A DNA stretch of 32,000 nucleotides from Patescibacteria group bacterium (lineage in GTDB: Bacteria; Patescibacteriota; UBA1384; XYA2-FULL-43-10): contig JBAYVT010000005.1 in NCBI GenBank assembly GCA_041674405.1, positions 112,284 to 144,283 on the forward strand, written 5' to 3'. Below the pieces are notes generated by a model. It ran no database searches. It saw only the letters and a program-made list of their open reading frames with translations, and was not told the origin of the DNA. A program made the translations under genes and the position numbers. This document shows positions 26,342-32,000 of the stretch, piece after piece; position 1 is the stretch's first letter; every line of letters begins with the position of its first letter.

Positions 26342-26545
26342 ATTGTTCCTTTCTGTTCAAATTATACCAGATTGTTTATGCTTCGCCGGATTTGACAAAT
26401 TTTGCGCTTTGATATACGCTAAAAATACCAAGCATCGCATAGCAAAACAAAAATCAATCAAAACCAAAGGCACATCAAATGGCCTTTTTATGTTCCAATT
26501 TTTTGATTTTTGAATTTTGATTTTTGAATCTGAACGGAGTGAAAT

Positions 26546-26890
26546 ATGGATTTAGAAAATCCCGGATACTGGAGAAAACTTATCAACCAAGGGATGATTC
26601 GATTTTTTCTTTTAAAAGTTCTCTACAAAGACAAAGAAAGTTACGGATATAAGCTAGTCAAAAGAATTGAAGAATTGTCCGAAGGGATTTGCCGACCGAC
26701 TGAATCCACCATTTATCCCGCCCTTGATCAGCTTATGAAAGGTGGATATGTGACGATACAAGAAGTCTCCGCTGGGATGAGGACAAGAAAAGTATATTCT
26801 CTAAACGAGCAAGGCAGGAGCGCTTATCGCACTGCCGCCAAAGCATACGGAGAAATAATTCCCCTACTCCGCGAAGCAATAATGCTCTAA
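26546..26890 (+). CDS. PadR-family transcriptional regulator
   Basis: ORF track. MIRFFLLKVLYKDKESYGYKLVKRIEELS...PTESTIYPALDQLMKGGYVTIQ...GRKVYSLNEQGRSAY, GGAG SD upstream. Confidence 0.88.
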   Translation: MDLENPGYWRKLINQGMIRFFLLKVLYKDKESYGYKLVKRIEELSEGICRPTESTIYPALDQLMKGGYVTIQEVSAGMRTRKVYSLNEQGRSAYRTAAKAYGEIIPLLREAIML

Positions 26891-26933
26891 AATTGGTTAT
26901 ATTTAAAAATAACAAAATCTTGGTCTAAGATAA

Positions 26934-26977
26934 AAACGTAACAATTCTTCCGCGGTCGCGGAAGAATTGTTACGTTT
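26934..26977. repeat. Perfect 20-bp-stem hairpin downstream of padR
   Basis: AAACGTAACAATTCTTCCGC-GGTC-GCGGAAGAATTGTTACGTTT. Confidence 0.9.
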
Positions 26978-27052
26978 CAGGGCTTGATAAGTGCCTAGAA
27001 GAAGTAAGATATTTTAAATTCTTGAGTTATAAAAAGTTAACAGCGATAAAAA

Positions 27053-27076
27053 GCAAGAGCGGACAGCTGCTCTTGC
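27053..27076 (-). terminator. Intrinsic terminator of ORF 27087-27407
   Basis: Minus strand GCAAGAGC-AGCTGTCC-GCTCTTGC-TTTTTA. Confidence 0.8.
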
Positions 27077-27086
27077 CGTCCGCCGG

Positions 27087-27407
27087 TCACCCGAGAAGCT
27101 CGTTATGCCTCACCGGGTTGAAACTCATTACTTCCCATCCATGCTGGGCCTCTTCTAGGAGCACGTTTGGGTCATGTTCAACTTCGGTGTACTCGTGCAT
27201 GAGCATTCCGTCCTCCACTAGCGTGTATGCTTCATTGCCGCTACTGCCACCGTAGTTATACACCCTGATCGTCGCAATCCAGGGATCGAGAAGCCCAACC
27301 TCCAGCATCCATAAGAATGGCGCACTACCCTCGAACCTGGCAAACCCATTCTGCTCGCGCTGCCTTTGCAGCTCAAGGAGGATCAACCGCTTTTCTTTTT
27401 CGGTCAT
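27087..27407 (-). CDS. Hypothetical 106-aa protein, GC-rich gene
   Basis: ORF track; GAGGTGA SD before ATG, own promoter and terminator. MTEKEKRLILLELQRQREQNGFARFEGSAPFLWMLEVGLLDPWIATIRV.... Confidence 0.65.
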   Translation of the reverse strand: MTEKEKRLILLELQRQREQNGFARFEGSAPFLWMLEVGLLDPWIATIRVYNYGGSSGNEAYTLVEDGMLMHEYTEVEHDPNVLLEEAQHGWEVMSFNPVRHNELLG

Positions 27408-27426
27408 GCTTCGTCACCTCAAAAAT

Positions 27427-27456
27427 CAGTATAGATATATACTGAAAATAAATCAA
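27427..27456 (-). promoter_or_regulatory. Promoter with overlapping palindromic operator for ORF 27087-27407
   Basis: Minus strand TTGATT (27456-27451), 17-nt spacer, TATACT (27433-27428). CAGTATA-GATA-TATACTG (27427-27444) is a perfect 7-bp dyad covering the -10. Confidence 0.65.
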
Positions 27457-27469
27457 AAGAGAACAAAAA

Positions 27470-27937
27470 TTATTTTGTCGCCGGCGGTTTGGCTCGTTTG
27501 CCAAGTAAATTTAGATCAAGATTTTCAATATCGGATAAAATTTTATTAGCATCGGCCGATATTTTTTGTTGTATATTTTTGTCAGTAATTTTTTGAGAAA
27601 AAATGAATTCTATCGTTTTATCAAAATCATTTTTGAATTTAGTGTTAATCTTCTTCCACTCAATATCCCTGAACGCTTCCGCTTCAGTTTCATCATACTT
27701 TATCACACTGCTTAGCATTAAAAATGCAATTGAAGGATATCCTAAATAACCCTGCCAATACGATCCATTGTCATTTGACATAATAGAATGTGAATCGGGG
27801 TTGTACACAACATCATAGTATTTCAAACCGTCAGATGAATAAACCTTAGCACTATTTCCATTTATATGAACCCTATTGTCAGCAATAGACCCCAAAGCTT
27901 CATATATCTTAATCTTTGGTGGCAATTTCCACTTCAT
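27470..27937 (-). CDS. Hypothetical protein, 155 aa
   Basis: ORF track; long ORF immediately downstream of and adjacent to the PspC gene (27938), likely cotranscribed. Confidence 0.6.
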   Translation of the reverse strand: MKWKLPPKIKIYEALGSIADNRVHINGNSAKVYSSDGLKYYDVVYNPDSHSIMSNDNGSYWQGYLGYPSIAFLMLSSVIKYDETEAEAFRDIEWKKINTKFKNDFDKTIEFIFSQKITDKNIQQKISADANKILSDIENLDLNLLGKRAKPPATK

Positions 27938-28402
27938 TTACTGGTCCATCCTGGAAAAAATTACTGCTAATCCAACAATGATAAGGATGAGGGGCCAAAG
28001 TTTGATGATGTGGGCAAAGGAAACAAAATTATTAGTCAAAAAAATTAAGCCGATGAAAATTAGAATGATTGCAAAGATGATTGTACCATCGCGGCGGCCT
28101 TTTGTTTTGGCAACATCTTTAACCTCGGATTTAAATTCTCGGGCAGCTCTTTTCATATTTTCTTTTGGGTCCGACTTGCCCCTTTTTGAACCGGCCAGAT
28201 CTTCAAAATATGATATTTCCCCTTCTTTTGGTACAACAAGCCACATAATTATATAAACTAAAACACCCGACCCACCCAAAAGAGTGAAGGCAACAAAAAT
28301 AATCCTGACAATGTTTGGGTCAATGTCGAAATATTCTCCTAAACCGCCACAGACTCCGGCAACCATTTTGTCTTTTTTTGAGCGCATTAGATTTTTTGCC
28401 AT
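27938..28402 (-). CDS. PspC-domain membrane protein
   Basis: ORF track. LMRSKKDKMVAGVCGGLGEYFDIDPNIVRIIFVAFTLLGGSGVLVYIIMWLVVPKE is a canonical PspC domain, with further TM helices; GGAG SD. Confidence 0.92.
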   Translation of the reverse strand: MAKNLMRSKKDKMVAGVCGGLGEYFDIDPNIVRIIFVAFTLLGGSGVLVYIIMWLVVPKEGEISYFEDLAGSKRGKSDPKENMKRAAREFKSEVKDVAKTKGRRDGTIIFAIILIFIGLIFLTNNFVSFAHIIKLWPLILIIVGLAVIFSRMDQ

Positions 28403-28433
28403 GATGCTCCTATAAAAAATTATGGATAAACCA

Positions 28434-28462
28434 TTGACCTAATTTAATCTATATTCTATACT
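28434..28462 (+). promoter_or_regulatory. Promoter for the 18-aa Cys-rich ORF
   Basis: TTGACC (28434-28439), 17-nt spacer, TATACT (28457-28462). Small dyad TACTAA-A-TTAGTA at 28468-28480. Confidence 0.8.
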
Positions 28463-28498
28463 ATTAATACTAAATTAGTAACCTTTTGAAAGGCAAAT

Positions 28499-28555
28499 AT
28501 GACAGATCCAAAAGATGAGGGATGCGGAAACTGCGGCGGATGCTGCGGTTGCTAA
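28499..28555 (+). CDS. 18-aa cysteine-rich microprotein, MTDPKDEGCGNCGGCCGC
   Basis: Direct translation ATG ACA GAT CCA AAA GAT GAG GGA TGC GGA AAC TGC GGC GGA TGC TGC GGT TGC TAA. SD-like GAAAGG upstream; own promoter and terminator. Confidence 0.6.
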   Translation: MTDPKDEGCGNCGGCCGC

Positions 28556-28581
28556 AAAATGCCCCCTAGGGGGCATTTTTT
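28554..28581 (+). terminator. Perfect terminator after the Cys-rich ORF (28-bp palindrome); may also serve the minus-strand gene
   Basis: AAAAAATGCCCCCTAGGGGGCATTTTTT. Confidence 0.88.
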
Positions 28582-28805
28582 TATCCGCGCTCTTTTTTGT
28601 CATCGATTATCGTGAGAACTAGGAGAACAATCCCCAAAAGTGCAATTATTATTGATGCGATTAAGAAAATTCCGTAGTTGCTTTCATTGCCAGGCGATAC
28701 TGAATCGGCACTGATATTAAAATAACGGCTGGAAAACAAAATCACTAGCCCGCCGCCAATACAGGTAGAAATTACTCCCAGAAAAGATTTTGTTCTTGCT
28801 TTCAT
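28581..28805 (-). CDS. Small two-TM membrane protein, 74 aa
   Basis: ORF track; MKARTKSFLGVISTCIGGGLVILFSS...NYGIFLIASIIIALLGIVLLVLTIIDDKK. Confidence 0.55.
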   Translation of the reverse strand: MKARTKSFLGVISTCIGGGLVILFSSRYFNISADSVSPGNESNYGIFLIASIIIALLGIVLLVLTIIDDKKERG

Positions 28806-28865
28806 AACTATAATTATTTCATAAACTCAATTGACTATATCAACTTTGTGGGCCAAGCAACTTAT

Positions 28866-30065
28866 TTATTCATAGCGTAACACATCAAGCGGCTTCACGC
28901 GAACTGCCCTCCTGGCAGGATAAATTCCCGTGATGATACCAACCAAGAGAGAAAAACCACCCATTACAAGCGCAAACAATAACGGCGTGTAAAACACGGT
29001 GATTGGAAACGCACCGGACCGGACAGCCATAGTCGAGATGCCGATATTAACCAACCACTCAAACACCAAGCCGATAATCACGCCCGAAACACCGCCAACG
29101 AATGCGATTAAGACAGATTCTGTCGTGAAAAGAAGAAAAATGTCACGGTTGCGCGCACCAATCACTTTAAGATATCCAACCTCTCTGGTTCTTTCCATCA
29201 AGGAAATCGTCAAAGTATTAAACATGCCAAGCAAGGCAACGATCATGGCTATAAAGCCCAGAATACCCAGGGCAACTTTTAAAATCGAGAAAATCTGATT
29301 GATCTGGGCTAACGTATCTGACACATTATCAGTTTTGTATCCCATATTTTCAATAGTTTTTCTGATCGTGGCAACCTCGGTTTGATCTGTGGCTTTCACT
29401 TTTATCATCGAAAAATTAACAGCACCGGCATTTTTGGCGGATTGTAAGGGGATATAAGCAAATGGAACCGACTCATCATCAATGATTCCAACCAGTTTAA
29501 ATTCCTGATTTGCAGAAGTTTTCGTCTCTCCGTTCTCGGTCAAATCCCTTGTTACTATTAGGTCAGCCGCAATATCTTTATCCAAAATTGTCGCCGCATC
29601 CTTTACCCCCAGAAGATTTAAAACGGCTTTGGATACAATTATATCTTTACTGCTCGCATCTGTACTTATAAATTTGCCTTGATCGGCTTTGATTTGATCA
29701 TATTCGGCAAAATTATTATCAATTGCATAAAAAACCGTGTCTGTCGCTGATTCACCAATTTTTAGTTTTCCTGCCAAATTAATGCTTTCACCTATTGAAT
29801 CAACCTGGGTAATCTCAGAAATTTTGTTGTTTGTATCATCGGTAAGTTTTACCACATTCGAATCTCCGGATGTAACATCAATAATTGAAAACGCGTCAAA
29901 CTTAACCACCTGATCTGTAACAAGCCTCTGGAGGCCATAACCCAAGGAGACGAGAAACATAATCGCGCCAATACCAATGATCACACCAATTAACGTAAGT
30001 ATTGTTCTCGAACGATGTACTGATAGATTTCGATAAGATAGATATAAAATTTGGATTAATTTCAT
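28866..30065 (-). CDS. MacB/FtsX-like ABC transporter permease
   Basis: ORF track. N-terminal SYRNLSVHRSRTILTLIGVIIGIGAI, periplasmic core domain, C-terminal FtsX domain ALLGMFNTLTISLMERTREVGYLKVIGARNRDI...GIYPARRAVRVKPLDVLRYE. Confidence 0.92.
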   Translation of the reverse strand: MKLIQILYLSYRNLSVHRSRTILTLIGVIIGIGAIMFLVSLGYGLQRLVTDQVVKFDAFSIIDVTSGDSNVVKLTDDTNNKISEITQVDSIGESINLAGKLKIGESATDTVFYAIDNNFAEYDQIKADQGKFISTDASSKDIIVSKAVLNLLGVKDAATILDKDIAADLIVTRDLTENGETKTSANQEFKLVGIIDDESVPFAYIPLQSAKNAGAVNFSMIKVKATDQTEVATIRKTIENMGYKTDNVSDTLAQINQIFSILKVALGILGFIAMIVALLGMFNTLTISLMERTREVGYLKVIGARNRDIFLLFTTESVLIAFVGGVSGVIIGLVFEWLVNIGISTMAVRSGAFPITVFYTPLLFALVMGGFSLLVGIITGIYPARRAVRVKPLDVLRYE

Positions 30066-30805
30066 TTACTCTCCTTCAGCGTGGCTACTTCTTGCTCAAG
30101 CTGTTTTGCTATATCGGCAACCGACTGAGACGCTACCACTCCATCACGCATGGCAATTTTGACCGTAGCATACGGCAAATAAACCAAATTGTGAGTAACC
30201 ATAATTATTGTTCTTTTTGATTCCAGGTTCAGCCGTTGAAATATCGCCATTGTTGCATCGGAATTATGCGTATCAAGATTGCCAGTGGGCTCATCAGCTA
30301 TGATAATCCAGGGATTACGGATAAGCGCCCTTGCGATTGAAACTCTTTGTTGCTGACCACCGGAAAGTTTATTCGGTGGGTTGTCGGCAAATTCCTCCAT
30401 TCCGATCTCTGAGAGAACATCAAGAGCTCTTTTTTTTGAACCAGAAAAAGAATTGCCCTTAAGCACAAGCGGAATCGCAACATTTTGCCAAACATTCAGG
30501 GAATTCACCCAGTGTGACGATTGTGAAATTATTCCAAACTTTTCAGATCTAAATTGCGCCCTCTGATCATCCGATAATGAATATAGGTCTTCTTCTCTCA
30601 CAACAACTTTGCCTGTGGTCGGTGCCTCAAGGCCTGAAATAACATTCAAAAGAGTTGACTTGCCGCACCCAGAAGGACCATAAATAATTGCAAAATCTTT
30701 CGGATGGATTTCAAGATCAACGCCGTTTAGGGCGTGAACTTTATTTATTCCGAGATCAAAAGATTTCGTCACCTTTTCAATTTTGATTATTGATTCCAAG
30801 CTCAT
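30062..30805 (-). CDS. ABC transporter ATP-binding protein (LolD/MacB type)
   Basis: ORF track. Walker A GPSGCGKST, signature LSGGQQQR, Walker B IIADEPTG; 4-bp overlap with the permease. Confidence 0.95.
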   Translation of the reverse strand: MSLESIIKIEKVTKSFDLGINKVHALNGVDLEIHPKDFAIIYGPSGCGKSTLLNVISGLEAPTTGKVVVREEDLYSLSDDQRAQFRSEKFGIISQSSHWVNSLNVWQNVAIPLVLKGNSFSGSKKRALDVLSEIGMEEFADNPPNKLSGGQQQRVSIARALIRNPWIIIADEPTGNLDTHNSDATMAIFQRLNLESKRTIIMVTHNLVYLPYATVKIAMRDGVVASQSVADIAKQLEQEVATLKESK

Positions 30806-31025
30806 TACCCCTCACCTAGTCTTTTTTTAAATATACAATATTTATTCCCAACCCGCAATTTTCATTATCTGAAGAATATTTTTACCCGCGAAAACGCCCG
30901 CTGAAAAGTGTTCAAGTATGTGATTATTTAAGGCGAATTGCTGGGCCTTTTGGGTGAAAATATTATTGCCTTAACCTAGTCCCGGAAAAGATTAATGGAA
31001 ATAAAAAAGGCTTTAAAAAACTCTA

Positions 31026-31145
31026 TGTTGGCGGCGTCCTACTCTCCCGGGACCTTTTTTATCCCGCGAAGCTTCAGCGAAGTGGGGCGATCCAAGTACC
31101 ATCCCCCTTCGCTCTTCGAGCTACGGAGGGACAAGTCGGCGCTGA
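31026..31145 (-). pseudogene. Partial 5S rRNA copy (3' half) carrying two insertions of about 30-34 nt
   Basis: Matches the intact 5S (31163-31282) in the segments tgttggcggcgtcctactctcccgggaccttt, cgatccaagtaccatc and ggcgctga, interrupted by 31058-31087 and 31104-31137. Confidence 0.8.
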
Positions 31146-31162
31146 AAATAAAAAATACTTAG

Positions 31163-31282
<120 letters not shown>

Positions 31283-31334
31283 AAGTATTCTTTAAATGTG
31301 CTTCCTGCCCCGCGTAGCTTTACGCGGAGTGGGG

Positions 31335-31422
31335 TCTGCTCGGAATGGGAAGAGGTGTACCCACTTCGCCACCCGTCTCGCCTGCGGCGAAGCCGAGGCG
31401 GAAAACCACCAACACTAAGTAT
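31335..31422 (-). pseudogene. Partial 5S rRNA copy (5' half) with a 30-nt insertion
   Basis: tctgctcggaatgggaagaggtgtacccacttcgcca, then cccgtctcgcctgcggcgaagccgaggcgga (31372-31401), then aaaccaccaacactaag; otherwise identical or near-identical to the intact copy including its 5' flank. Confidence 0.8.
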
Positions 31423-31629
31423 TCTTTAAAGCCTAATATTTTATGCTTTTAATTTTAAACTCTATTGCCACACAGGACAGGGCAATAAGTAGTGCCATGT
31501 CCTTGTACGGTAATACAGATTTGAGCTAGGATCTTACACACAAGAAGAATAAATCATCCTGTGCGAAGTATCATTAACGCTCGAAGTTTTACTGGGAGTT
31601 CCAGTAATTGCTAGTCAAACAATAGTATA

Positions 31630-32000
<371 letters not shown>

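Overview
AT-rich bacterial chromosomal segment, plausibly a Patescibacteria/CPR-type genome (inference from gene content and style only). The backbone is housekeeping. On the minus strand there is a partial tyrS, then the run radA, recJ, ftsQ-like, murB, murC, murG, ftsW, murD, mraY, ftsI/PBP2, a small ftsL-like gene and mraZ. This dcw cluster is transcribed from mraZ and is read here in reverse. After it come a glycyl-tRNA synthetase, recO, a VanX-type dipeptidase, a GlmU-like nucleotidyltransferase, a CYTH protein, mutM and a PspC protein, then a MacB-like ABC transporter pair. The right end carries an intact 5S rRNA gene flanked by two partial 5S copies, then the 3' end of 23S rRNA. PBP1A and a PadR regulator are on the plus strand. 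The most unusual signals are: (1) the 5S array, whose flanking partial copies carry about 30-nt GC-rich hairpin-like insertions; (2) a complete miniature transcription unit (promoter, 18-aa Cys-rich ORF MTDPKDEGCGNCGGCCGC, perfect terminator) not in the ORF track; (3) three GC-rich cassettes in AT-rich surroundings, one of them a two-ORF unit whose second ORF stops inside a perfect hairpin; (4) a 29-bp inverted repeat with a 138-bp spacer where rsmH would be expected, between mraZ and ftsL; (5) a clear mraZ promoter with three 10-bp-phased TGGGA boxes and a structured 5' UTR containing four heptad repeats; (6) a perfect 20-bp-stem hairpin after padR. No CRISPR array, tRNA or canonical defence island was found. 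All family assignments come from motifs and whole-sequence recognition; no database search was run.
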